This document shows positions 47,933-56,596 of a stretch of 64,000 nucleotides of DNA, piece after piece. The DNA comes from Flavobacteriales bacterium (GTDB taxonomy: Bacteria > Bacteroidota > Bacteroidia > Flavobacteriales_D > Sanyastnellaceae), in contig JBIKRF010000004.1 of assembly GCA_044349305.1 (NCBI GenBank), positions 2,324 to 66,323 of the forward strand, written 5' to 3'. The notes beneath the pieces were generated by a model. That model was not told where the DNA came from. It did no database searches and worked only from the letters and a program-made list of their open reading frames with translations. Numbering within the stretch: position 1 is the stretch's first letter; every line of letters begins with the position of its first letter. The translations under genes and the position numbers were made by a program.

Positions 47933-49207
47933 ATGAAAAAGTTTTTGCTCCAACTATTTGTAGCTGTCGCATTTGCGAGCTGCACCGTTCTATCGCACGA
48001 AAAAAAATCAGCTGATTCTGTCCCAAATTTAAAGACAGACGTGGCAGTGTTAGCAAGTGATGCGTTTGAAGGACGTGCTATTGGAACTCCTGGAGCAGAT
48101 AAAGCCGGTGGTTACATTCAAGATCAGTTTTTAAAAATTGGATTACTTCCCAAAGGAACACTCGGATTCTTCCAAGCTTTTTCATTCATTCCGCAAGGAC
48201 ATGGACAAGTTCATCAGGTTGGAGATAGCCTGAAGATGGGCAAATCATTGGTTAAGGAAATCAACGGGAAAAATGTTGTTGGATACATTGACAATGGTGC
48301 TGCGAACACAATCATTATTGGTGCACACTACGACCACTTGGGTTGGGGTGATGAGAACAGTTTATGGACTGGAGAGCGCGCTATTCACAACGGAGCAGAT
48401 GACAACGCAAGTGGTGTTTCTGCCATGCTTGAGTTAGCACGCAAATTAAAAGCAGACCCATCCGCTTCCACCAATAAATACAACTACCTCTTCATTGCCT
48501 TTAGTGGCGAAGAAAAAGGATTGTGGGGAAGTAACTACTTCAGCAAGAACCCGACGATTGATTTGACAACCGTGAATTGCATGATGAACATGGATATGGT
48601 TGGAAGGTTAAACGCAGAGCATGCCCTTTCCATTAGTGGAACAGGTACTTCGCCTGAATTTGAGAACTGGCTTACGAAAAACAACAAGACAAATTTCAAA
48701 TTGATATTCGACAAAAGTGGAATTGGTCCTAGCGATCACAGTTCTTTTTATAATGTGAATGTTCCTGTCTTGCATTTCTTTACAGGACAGCACAGCGACT
48801 ACCACAAGCCAAGCGACGACTTCGATAAAATCAATTACGAAGGATTGAATGAAGTGGTAAATTACATGTTTGCCATGTGTGTTGAAATGAATGGTCATTC
48901 GAAATTGGAATTCACCAAAACAATAGATCCCAAGCCAACCAACTCAGCATTTAAAGTAACGCTCGGCGTTATGCCCGATTACATGTTCAGCGGTGTTGGA
49001 ATGCGCATCGATGGCGTAAAGGAAAATCGTCCAGCCGCATTAGCCGGATTGAAGCAAGGCGACATTGTAGTTCGTCTTGGTGAAAATAAAATTGCAGACA
49101 TGAGTTCATACATGGAAGCGTTAGGCAAATTCAACGAAGGTGATTCAACCGAAGTTGAATTTATTCGAGACGGAAAATCAACAGTTGCTCCAGTGACATT
49201 TAAGTAA
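47933..49207 (+). CDS. M28 family metallopeptidase with a C-terminal PDZ domain
   Basis: HYDHLG, GADDNASGV, EEKGLWGS, DMVGR and SDHSSF zinc-ligand blocks. The PDZ-like region is LAGLKQGDIVVRLG. Confidence 0.85.
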   Translation: MKKFLLQLFVAVAFASCTVLSHEKKSADSVPNLKTDVAVLASDAFEGRAIGTPGADKAGGYIQDQFLKIGLLPKGTLGFFQAFSFIPQGHGQVHQVGDSLKMGKSLVKEINGKNVVGYIDNGAANTIIIGAHYDHLGWGDENSLWTGERAIHNGADDNASGVSAMLELARKLKADPSASTNKYNYLFIAFSGEEKGLWGSNYFSKNPTIDLTTVNCMMNMDMVGRLNAEHALSISGTGTSPEFENWLTKNNKTNFKLIFDKSGIGPSDHSSFYNVNVPVLHFFTGQHSDYHKPSDDFDKINYEGLNEVVNYMFAMCVEMNGHSKLEFTKTIDPKPTNSAFKVTLGVMPDYMFSGVGMRIDGVKENRPAALAGLKQGDIVVRLGENKIADMSSYMEALGKFNEGDSTEVEFIRDGKSTVAPVTFK

Positions 49208-49208
49208 T

Positions 49209-50447
49209 ATGAAGAAACTATTTATGTGCGCGGGTTTGGCGATTTGCGCTAACTTTTTGAATGCACAAACACGTGTTCTATTTGTAGGAAACAGTTACAC
49301 CGCTGTGAACAACCTTCCTCAATTAACGGCAGATTGTGCTTTAAGTATTGGCTTTGCAGGTTTTCCAATGGAGATTGCAAGCAGCACTCCCGGAGGGACT
49401 ACTTTCCAAGTACATACCACGAATGCAACATCACAAAGCTTAATCAATCAAGGCAATTGGGACTATGTTGTGCTTCAAGAGCAAAGTCAACTTCCCTCCT
49501 TTCCTGATTCGCAAGTGGCTGCAGAGTGTTTTCCATTTGCTACTACTTTGAACGAACAAATCCTAGCCGCTGATTCGTGCGCAGAAACAATCTTCTACAT
49601 GACATGGGGAAGACAGAACGGAGATGCCTCGAACTGCGCGTCTTGGCCGCCTGTATGCACTTACGAAGGAATGGATAGCCTGCTTAATTTGCGTTACAGA
49701 CAAATGGCTATTGAGAACCAAGCCATACTCTCTCCAGTTGGAGCACTCTGGAAGTACATTCGAACCAATTACCCTGAAATAAATTTGTATGCTGCCGATG
49801 GCAGTCACCCTTCGCTTGAAGGCACATATGCCGCAGCCTGCAGCATGATCACTGTAATCTTCAGAACCGACCCTACCCTTATTACGTACAGTTCAACATT
49901 AGATCCTGTTGTTGCGGAAAAAATTAGATTAGCTGCACAATCTGTCGTGTACAACAACCTTTTGGAATGGCACGTCGGTGAATATGACCCCGCGATTCTT
50001 GTCAACACCACATCAGATGGCTTAACACTTCAACTGAATAATCAATCTGTTTCAAGTTGGAATTTCACTTGGGATTTTGGAGATGGAAATTACTCGACGG
50101 ACTTCTCACCACAACATACATATGCGAACACCGGAGTTTACTCATTAAGCTATTCAGCCATTGACGCTTGCGGTAGAACTTCGCAAGGATATTGGGAAAT
50201 ACAGATTCTTGACAATGGTATTTCAGAATTCGAAAAAAAATATGTTGTTCGAAATTTAGAAAACGAGTTTGTTATTGACTTCAGTTCTGAAGCATCTGAC
50301 ATTCGCATTTTTGATTTAAACGGAAGATTAGTCCACATATCTTCAAACAATCACTCTTCATTTTGCATAGCAAAATCAAACAGTCCAAGAATTATTCAAT
50401 TCACAATGAACGGAATAAGTCACCGTATTTTACTTGGAATTGAATAA
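49209..50447 (+). CDS. SGNH/DUF4886-like hydrolase with a PKD domain and a T9SS-type C-terminal domain
   Basis: VLFVGNSYT block, PKD signature WDFGDGNYSTDFSPQHTYANTGVY and a C-terminal IRIFDLNGRLV beta-sandwich. Confidence 0.7.
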   Translation: MKKLFMCAGLAICANFLNAQTRVLFVGNSYTAVNNLPQLTADCALSIGFAGFPMEIASSTPGGTTFQVHTTNATSQSLINQGNWDYVVLQEQSQLPSFPDSQVAAECFPFATTLNEQILAADSCAETIFYMTWGRQNGDASNCASWPPVCTYEGMDSLLNLRYRQMAIENQAILSPVGALWKYIRTNYPEINLYAADGSHPSLEGTYAAACSMITVIFRTDPTLITYSSTLDPVVAEKIRLAAQSVVYNNLLEWHVGEYDPAILVNTTSDGLTLQLNNQSVSSWNFTWDFGDGNYSTDFSPQHTYANTGVYSLSYSAIDACGRTSQGYWEIQILDNGISEFEKKYVVRNLENEFVIDFSSEASDIRIFDLNGRLVHISSNNHSSFCIAKSNSPRIIQFTMNGISHRILLGIE

Positions 50448-50568
50448 GCAATTCAATGTTCAAAACTCAACTGAATATTTGTTTGAAAGAACTCAAGTAC
50501 TGACGTACTTTCGCGGCCGTTAAGTCCATTTGCAGCTTCTGCTGTGGGTCTTTTTAGTTAAGGTAAAG

Positions 50569-50604
50569 CAAACCCTCGAAAACGTTCGGGGGTTTGTTTT
50601 TTTT
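50569..50604 (+). terminator. Rho-independent terminator
   Basis: Long stem caaaccc-t-cgaa / ttcg-g-gggtttg followed by T8. Confidence 0.75.
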
Positions 50605-50647
50605 CTATACTTTTTTCACTACCAACATTCAAGTAATTCTTGAGCAT

Positions 50648-50681
50648 AAAAAAAGGCTGCCTTTCGGCAGCCTTTTTTTAA
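50648..50681. terminator. Bidirectional terminator (serves the minus-strand gene ending at 50702)
   Basis: aaaaaaaggctgcc-tttc-ggcagccttttttt. Confidence 0.8.
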
Positions 50682-50701
50682 AGTTAACCTGTTCAAATGA
50701 A

Positions 50702-52426
50702 TTATTGAACTGCGATTTGTACAGCAGTCTTGTCTAATCCGTTTGACAATTCGATAGCATAGATTCCGCTAGCAACACCTTCAAGGTTTACACGAACTTG
50801 GTTGTTTCCAGTTGGAAGGTTACCCAAGAACTGAGTAGAAACTACTTGACCTAAGTTGTTCATTACACGAACAGTGATAGGAGCAGATTTTACTTGACCG
50901 AAAGAAAGAGTTACAAATTCGTTTGCTGGAACTGGGTAAGCATTCAACACTGTTAATGCCATTGCTTCTTGAACACTGATAATACAATCAGCACAAGAAT
51001 CGAAACATACTGTGTTCAACACTTCAGCAAGACCGGTACGTGTATGAATGCGGTTGTAACCTCCAATTCCGTTTGAAATTCCACAATTTACAAGACCTGC
51101 GCTTTCTTCGTTGGTTGAAACAGTAACATCTCCGTTAACGAACTTGTACTGAATATCAGCAACACCAGAAACGTTTACAGTGCACTCATAAACTCCGTCT
51201 AAGTTGTCATCAGTCATTTGAACTGCACCTGCTTGCCATACTGGAGTTGTAAAACCACCAATCATCCAAACGCCTGCAGCACTCGGAGCTGTAGAGAACA
51301 TATTCACTCGGAAAGTGATATCAGCAGCCGCTGGATCAACGACACACTCTGCACCACATTGGTTGTAACAGAAGTGTTCAACAACTGGATCTGCAGCAAC
51401 AACAACCTCACGGTTTCCACCTACATTACAGTCAGCTGGAATCGACTCGCTACCATCTCCCCAAGCAGCACCGTTCACGAATTTGTACTGATAAGTACCT
51501 GGTTGAAGTAAAAGAGTTACTTCATAGATGTTGTCGCCGTCAAGGTCAGTCATCAATGTCGCCGGATCACTTGGTGTCCATCCTTGGAAAGAACCAGCTA
51601 CATGAGGACCATTAGCATTAACTGTTTGTAAAGACATGTCTACTCGGAACAACACTGGGGTTGGAGCTTGACAAGGACCACAAGCACTGAAACAAATAAC
51701 GTCTACAACAGTGTTTGCATCAACTACATCAATTACACGGTTACCTGCAACATTACAATCAGCTGGAATACCTTCAGCGAACGCCCAGTCATTACCGTTG
51801 ATGAATTTGAATTGAGCTGAAGTAGCAGCACCAATAGAGAAGTAACCTTCGAAAGTACCGTTTCCATCTGGATCAATCAATTGCGATCCTGCTGGATTCC
51901 ATCCTTGGAAGTCACCTGCAACGAAGATACCTGCTGGGTTAACACCTGCAGCTTCTTGAGTCATGTCTACACGGAAACGAACGGTGTTCTCTCCGCAAGC
52001 AGCACATGATGCGTAACAAACAGTCATGCTCTCAGACGTGTTCAATCCAGAAATAGACCAGAAACGGTTGTCGTTTCCATTTACTTCAACTTGACAAGCA
52101 GCTGGAACATCTTCGGCAAATGGCCAATCGTTCCCGTTGATGAACTTAAACTCATAACGCTCTGAAACCAAGTTCAAGGTTACAGACCAAATACCATTTC
52201 CTTGATCTGCTAAAGCGATAGATCCAGGTTGGTTTCCAGGATTCCAGTTAACATAGGCTGCGTTCTCAACAGTTCCATCATAGTTAACATCATTGAAATT
52301 TCCAGCCATGTGCACGCCATTTGCGCTTACTGTTTGACCAGTCATGTCCACATTAAACGTTACATCAACGGCTTGAGCCATCATTGCAGTTAACGCGACG
52401 AAACAAAATGTAAAAATTTTTTTCAT
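50702..52426 (-). CDS. Secreted protein with four tandem CBM20/CBM48-like (starch-binding-type) modules and a T9SS C-terminal domain
   Basis: The (V/I)xFxV(D/N)M...G.F..W...(Y/F)KF(I/V)NG..W module occurs four times, each with conserved Cys pairs. Three of the four also carry a ...PADCNV.GNR tail. The C-terminus (LNAYPVPANEFVTLSF...GIYAIELSNG) is a sorting domain. Confidence 0.7.
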   Translation of the reverse strand: MKKIFTFCFVALTAMMAQAVDVTFNVDMTGQTVSANGVHMAGNFNDVNYDGTVENAAYVNWNPGNQPGSIALADQGNGIWSVTLNLVSERYEFKFINGNDWPFAEDVPAACQVEVNGNDNRFWSISGLNTSESMTVCYASCAACGENTVRFRVDMTQEAAGVNPAGIFVAGDFQGWNPAGSQLIDPDGNGTFEGYFSIGAATSAQFKFINGNDWAFAEGIPADCNVAGNRVIDVVDANTVVDVICFSACGPCQAPTPVLFRVDMSLQTVNANGPHVAGSFQGWTPSDPATLMTDLDGDNIYEVTLLLQPGTYQYKFVNGAAWGDGSESIPADCNVGGNREVVVAADPVVEHFCYNQCGAECVVDPAAADITFRVNMFSTAPSAAGVWMIGGFTTPVWQAGAVQMTDDNLDGVYECTVNVSGVADIQYKFVNGDVTVSTNEESAGLVNCGISNGIGGYNRIHTRTGLAEVLNTVCFDSCADCIISVQEAMALTVLNAYPVPANEFVTLSFGQVKSAPITVRVMNNLGQVVSTQFLGNLPTGNNQVRVNLEGVASGIYAIELSNGLDKTAVQIAVQ

Positions 52427-52520
52427 AGGTTTTTAAATTAGATTACTGTAGTTCGTGTACTTTTAACACTTTCCAAAGATATATCGAAAAAGTGTTTCAC
52501 ACTCCTCTTAGACGCAAATC

Positions 52521-54386
52521 ATGAAAAAAAGTTCCCTATACTTTTCCACAATTCTGATGTTCATGTCCTGTTTTGTCTTCGGTCAAAATTCCGAATACAT
52601 CAGTCGTATTGACCCTCCTAACTGGTTCAGCGGCATGGACAATAAAGAAGTTGAGCTCCTATTCTATTCGAATGGTCCGGAAAAATTGAGCATATCGCTT
52701 GACTCAGTAAGCGCGAAATACGCGACTATAAAAAGCGTTGAAAAGTCTAAATTGAACAACTACTATTTTGTTAATCTAACCATTTTAAGTCAGCCAAAAA
52801 GCAACTACCTTTTCTTTGAAATTTCAAAAGCAGGACACACCGCAACCGCCGTTCATCCCTACTCCATTAATCCAAAAGCAACTTTACCTAAAGGCCTTTC
52901 TCAGGAAGACGCTATATACATGGTTTTCCCCGATCGCTTTGCAAATGGCGATGCGAGTAACGATACTGTAACGAATTATTTCCAAGGTGCGCACCGCGAT
53001 GAATTAAAAGGTAGACGTGGTGGCGATTTGAAAGGAATTCAAAACCATCTCGACTATATCGCTGACCTAGGATTCACTGCTCTTTGGATAAACCCGATTG
53101 TTGAGAACAACGAAAAAATAGACTCATACCACGGTTATGCAACAACCGACTCTTATTTAATAGATCCGCGCATTGGAACACTGGAAGAATTGTATTCCCT
53201 GACTACAAGTATGAAGAAAAAGGAAATAAAACATGTTTGGGATGTCGTGTATAACCACTGGGGAGATCAGCACAGACTTTTTCGTGAGATGCCCGACAGC
53301 AATTGGTTTCATTGGTTCCCCACCTACACCAAGACCAACTATCGCGCTGAAACCATGATGGATCCATACGCTAGCGAATACGACAAGAACCTTATGGCGA
53401 ACGGTTGGTTTGACAGGCACATGCCAGACCTTAATCAGCAAGACCCTCACCTTTCCAAATACCTCATTCAAAATTCAATTTGGTGGATTGAAATGGGAAA
53501 CATCGATGCGTTTCGAATTGACACCTATAGCTATCCCGATCAACTATTCATGTCGAATTTGAACGCGGCTGTTAAAAGAGAGTATCCAAATTTCTTTTTA
53601 TTCGGAGAAACTTGGGTGCAAGGTTCAGCCGTTCAAGCTTGGTTTCCGGAAGGAAAAAAAGTTGGACAAAATTTCGATTCGAAATTAGACGGCGTGACCG
53701 ATTTTCAATTGTACTTCTCAGTGACCAAAGGACTTACAGAACCATTTGGTTGGGAAGAAGGCTTAAGACGAATTGAATTAGACTTGGCGCATGATCATCT
53801 TTATTCCAAGCCAGAAAACTTAGTTACGTTCCTCGACAACCATGACTTAGCTCGCATCTACTCTCTATTAAACAAAGATTTCGAAAAATGGAAAATGGCA
53901 CATGCCATGCTGCTAACGCTCAGAGGCATTCCATGTATTTATTACGGGACGGAAATTCTCATGACGGGATTCTGCGATCCCGACGCGCATGTTCGCGAAG
54001 AATTCCCAGGCGGTTGGCCAGACCACAAAGTGAATGCCTTCGAAAGAAAAGGAAGAACGGACATTCAAAATGAAGCATTCGATTTCATTCAATCGCTTTT
54101 GAATTATCGGAAGAAGAACGAATGGCTAGCAACGAGCAGACTTACTCAGTTTGTCCCGAATGACAACACTTATGCATATGCACGAAAATCTGCCGATGGC
54201 AAAAAAGCAATCCTGTGCATCTACAACCTCAATGAAAAGTCTTTTAATTTCCCCATAAATACGATAAAAGAAATAACGCAGTCAAGCGTTCAAGGGAAAA
54301 ATATTATTACCGGTGAAACCATTTCCAGGAACAATACGCTTTCAATTCCGTCAAAAGGTTTTTCATTGATTGAAATTTCATTTTAA
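52521..54386 (+). CDS. GH13 alpha-amylase family enzyme (cyclomaltodextrinase/neopullulanase-like)
   Basis: Conserved regions FTALWINPI, DAFRIDT, LFGETW and FLDNHD. Confidence 0.9.
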   Translation: MKKSSLYFSTILMFMSCFVFGQNSEYISRIDPPNWFSGMDNKEVELLFYSNGPEKLSISLDSVSAKYATIKSVEKSKLNNYYFVNLTILSQPKSNYLFFEISKAGHTATAVHPYSINPKATLPKGLSQEDAIYMVFPDRFANGDASNDTVTNYFQGAHRDELKGRRGGDLKGIQNHLDYIADLGFTALWINPIVENNEKIDSYHGYATTDSYLIDPRIGTLEELYSLTTSMKKKEIKHVWDVVYNHWGDQHRLFREMPDSNWFHWFPTYTKTNYRAETMMDPYASEYDKNLMANGWFDRHMPDLNQQDPHLSKYLIQNSIWWIEMGNIDAFRIDTYSYPDQLFMSNLNAAVKREYPNFFLFGETWVQGSAVQAWFPEGKKVGQNFDSKLDGVTDFQLYFSVTKGLTEPFGWEEGLRRIELDLAHDHLYSKPENLVTFLDNHDLARIYSLLNKDFEKWKMAHAMLLTLRGIPCIYYGTEILMTGFCDPDAHVREEFPGGWPDHKVNAFERKGRTDIQNEAFDFIQSLLNYRKKNEWLATSRLTQFVPNDNTYAYARKSADGKKAILCIYNLNEKSFNFPINTIKEITQSSVQGKNIITGETISRNNTLSIPSKGFSLIEISF

Positions 54387-54412
54387 TTTTGAACTCAAAT
54401 AATACCAACAGC

Positions 54413-55033
54413 ATGAAATCACTTTTTTCACTTTTATCCATTTGCTTCATCAGCGTAATTTCTTTCGCTCAAGTGCAAAAGAAAAATCATGTTACCATTA
54501 TTAAGATAGACACTTCGAGCACAGGGCAGACTGACACCCTCATTTTTAATTTCGAAGGAGATCAAATGGGAAATATGCAGGGAATAATGAAGCAGTTTCC
54601 TGACATTGACTTTTCAATCATGGACACTTCTTTTAATTTCAACTTCGACAACAACTTTCAAATGCCTGAAGGAATGGTTTTCGGGATGCCGAATGAAATG
54701 CCTTTCGGATTTGGGGCCCCAGACAACAGCGCTAAAATTGGCATTTCACCGGCGAGAAGCTTCAAAGGAAAAGGCGTTATGATTGAAACTGTTGTGCCTG
54801 CTAGCCTGGGCGCTGCGCTTGGTTTACAAACAGGCGACATCCTTGTTGAATTGAATAAAAATAAAATCAATGAGTTCGATGAACTTGTCGGAATTTTAAA
54901 TATGTATGCCGTTGGCGACGAAGCAAACATTACGTTTCTCCGCAACGGCAAGAAGAAAAAAGTAACAGGCTATTTCATTCCCGCACAAGGAGGAAACAAC
55001 ATGCAGCGCGAAATCAGAATAACTCGTCCTTAA
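54413..55033 (+). CDS. PDZ domain-containing secreted protein
   Basis: Signal peptide MKSLFSLLSICFISVISFA. PDZ block GVMIETVVPASLGAALGLQTGDILVELN. Confidence 0.65.
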   Translation: MKSLFSLLSICFISVISFAQVQKKNHVTIIKIDTSSTGQTDTLIFNFEGDQMGNMQGIMKQFPDIDFSIMDTSFNFNFDNNFQMPEGMVFGMPNEMPFGFGAPDNSAKIGISPARSFKGKGVMIETVVPASLGAALGLQTGDILVELNKNKINEFDELVGILNMYAVGDEANITFLRNGKKKKVTGYFIPAQGGNNMQREIRITRP

Positions 55034-55034
55034 C

Positions 55035-56039
55035 CTGAACACTTCGAAAAAAATACTTTTCGCAGCACTCGATTGGGGTTACGGACACATGACTCGCGGC
55101 AGCGAGCGCATTTCTCAATTCATTCAAGACGGAAACACTGTTGAAATCGCTTGCTCTGAAAATCAAGAGACTTATTTCAGAAAGAAATTTCCTGCACTTA
55201 TAGTACACGTCACCCTTCCCAACAACCACATTCAAATTGAAAGCGGCAAGGGTTTGTTTTTCAAATTGGGACTGAGAGTATTCGACTTTCGAGCGAACTG
55301 GAAAAAAGAATACACCTGGTTAAGTAGCCATCTCGAAAACAACTTATACGACATAATTTACTCCGACAACCGCTACGGATTTTATCACCCGAACGTTCAT
55401 TCGGTGTTGCTTACACACCAACTGACTTTACCCGGACCTAAATGGCTTCTATTTCTACCTCAATTGGTTTTAAATAAAAACTTGAAAAACTTCAACGCCA
55501 TAGAAATTCCAGATTTCATTCATAAGCCAAAGTTGAGTGGAAATCTGAGTAACACAAAATCAAGCGTTCCCGCTTCATTCATTGGACCACTGAGTCAAAT
55601 TAGACGTATTCAAACTTCAACAAAAAAACAATTGCTTTTAATTCTTTCGGGACCCGAACCTCAACGATCTCGATTTGCAAAGGACATCGTTGAGGAAATC
55701 CTTCAACTTGGATTTCCCATTGTTGTCGCCGGAGAAAGCAAGTCTATTCCCAAATCAGAATTAGTAACAGAATTGGGCTATTGCAGTAGCACTGAATTGG
55801 AAATTCAGATGAACGAATCTTCCCACATCGTCTGTCGATCTGGCTACAGTACGCTTATGGAATTGGCGACCATTGGCAAGAAGGCACTGCTCATTCCTAC
55901 TTCCGGACAATTCGAACAAGAATACTTAGCGAAATATTGGGAGGAACAATTTAACTTCCCCACCGCAAACGAAAATGAAATCTCGACCAAAGATTTCGTG
56001 AATTATTTAAACGATACCACGCATTTTGAACGACGCTAA
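55035..56039 (+). CDS. Glycosyltransferase (MurG-like / TIGR00661-type GT-B); the start codon is uncertain and probably non-canonical
   Basis: The first ATG (55089) lies inside the conserved N-terminal G-x-G-H-x-x-R motif (DWGYGHMTRG). The frame is open back to the stop at 55020-55022. In that stretch there is only a CTG (55035) and an ATA (55053), with no ATG, GTG or TTG. Confidence 0.6.
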   Translation: MNTSKKILFAALDWGYGHMTRGSERISQFIQDGNTVEIACSENQETYFRKKFPALIVHVTLPNNHIQIESGKGLFFKLGLRVFDFRANWKKEYTWLSSHLENNLYDIIYSDNRYGFYHPNVHSVLLTHQLTLPGPKWLLFLPQLVLNKNLKNFNAIEIPDFIHKPKLSGNLSNTKSSVPASFIGPLSQIRRIQTSTKKQLLLILSGPEPQRSRFAKDIVEEILQLGFPIVVAGESKSIPKSELVTELGYCSSTELEIQMNESSHIVCRSGYSTLMELATIGKKALLIPTSGQFEQEYLAKYWEEQFNFPTANENEISTKDFVNYLNDTTHFERR

Positions 56040-56055
56040 CAAAGACGAATTTTAC

Positions 56056-56481
56056 ATGAAAATGGCCATTAAAGAGGCCATTTACGCCGCTGAACAAGAC
56101 GAAGTCCCTGTTGGTTGTGTCATAGTTGCCGACGACCGTATTATTGCCCGTGGACACAACCTGGTTGAACGCCTGCACGACTTCACTGCACATGCTGAAA
56201 TGCAAGCCTTCACAGCCGCTTCTGAGTATCTGAGTGGAAAATCATTGGATAAGTGCACCCTCTATGTAACATTAGAACCTTGCGTCATGTGCGCAGGCGC
56301 GGCCTACAACACAAGAATTGGTCGGATTGTCTTTGGAGCCTTCGATCAAAAAAGAGGCTTTTCCATCTTCCAAACTGAAGATAAAAAACTCCTACACCCT
56401 AAGACTGAATGGATTGGAGGGGTTATGGAAGACGACTGCGCTTCCATTCTGAAACAGTTCTTCGAGAATAAGCGCAAGTAG
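56056..56481 (+). CDS. tadA: tRNA adenosine(34) deaminase
   Basis: HAEMQA and PCVMCAGA zinc motifs. The ATG at 56056 is preferred over the TTG at 56026, which overlaps the previous gene. Confidence 0.9.
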   Translation: MKMAIKEAIYAAEQDEVPVGCVIVADDRIIARGHNLVERLHDFTAHAEMQAFTAASEYLSGKSLDKCTLYVTLEPCVMCAGAAYNTRIGRIVFGAFDQKRGFSIFQTEDKKLLHPKTEWIGGVMEDDCASILKQFFENKRK

Positions 56482-56539
56482 CACAAAGCCTACTTTTCCA
56501 CATTTATTAACATTCCTTTTCGAAGCGACGCAAGCCGTT

Positions 56540-56578
56540 TAGATTTGTGTGTTCGGTGCGAATTTGTCGCACAACACA
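56540..56578 (+). promoter_or_regulatory. Candidate -7 element (tagatttg, 56540-56547) followed immediately by a 12-bp interrupted hairpin or operator (56548-56578)
   Basis: Stems tgtgtt/aacaca and gtgcga/tcgcac with loop atttg. It ends 18 nt upstream of the ATPase ATG. Confidence 0.4.
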
Positions 56579-56596
56579 TGACCTAAACTTTTTCGT

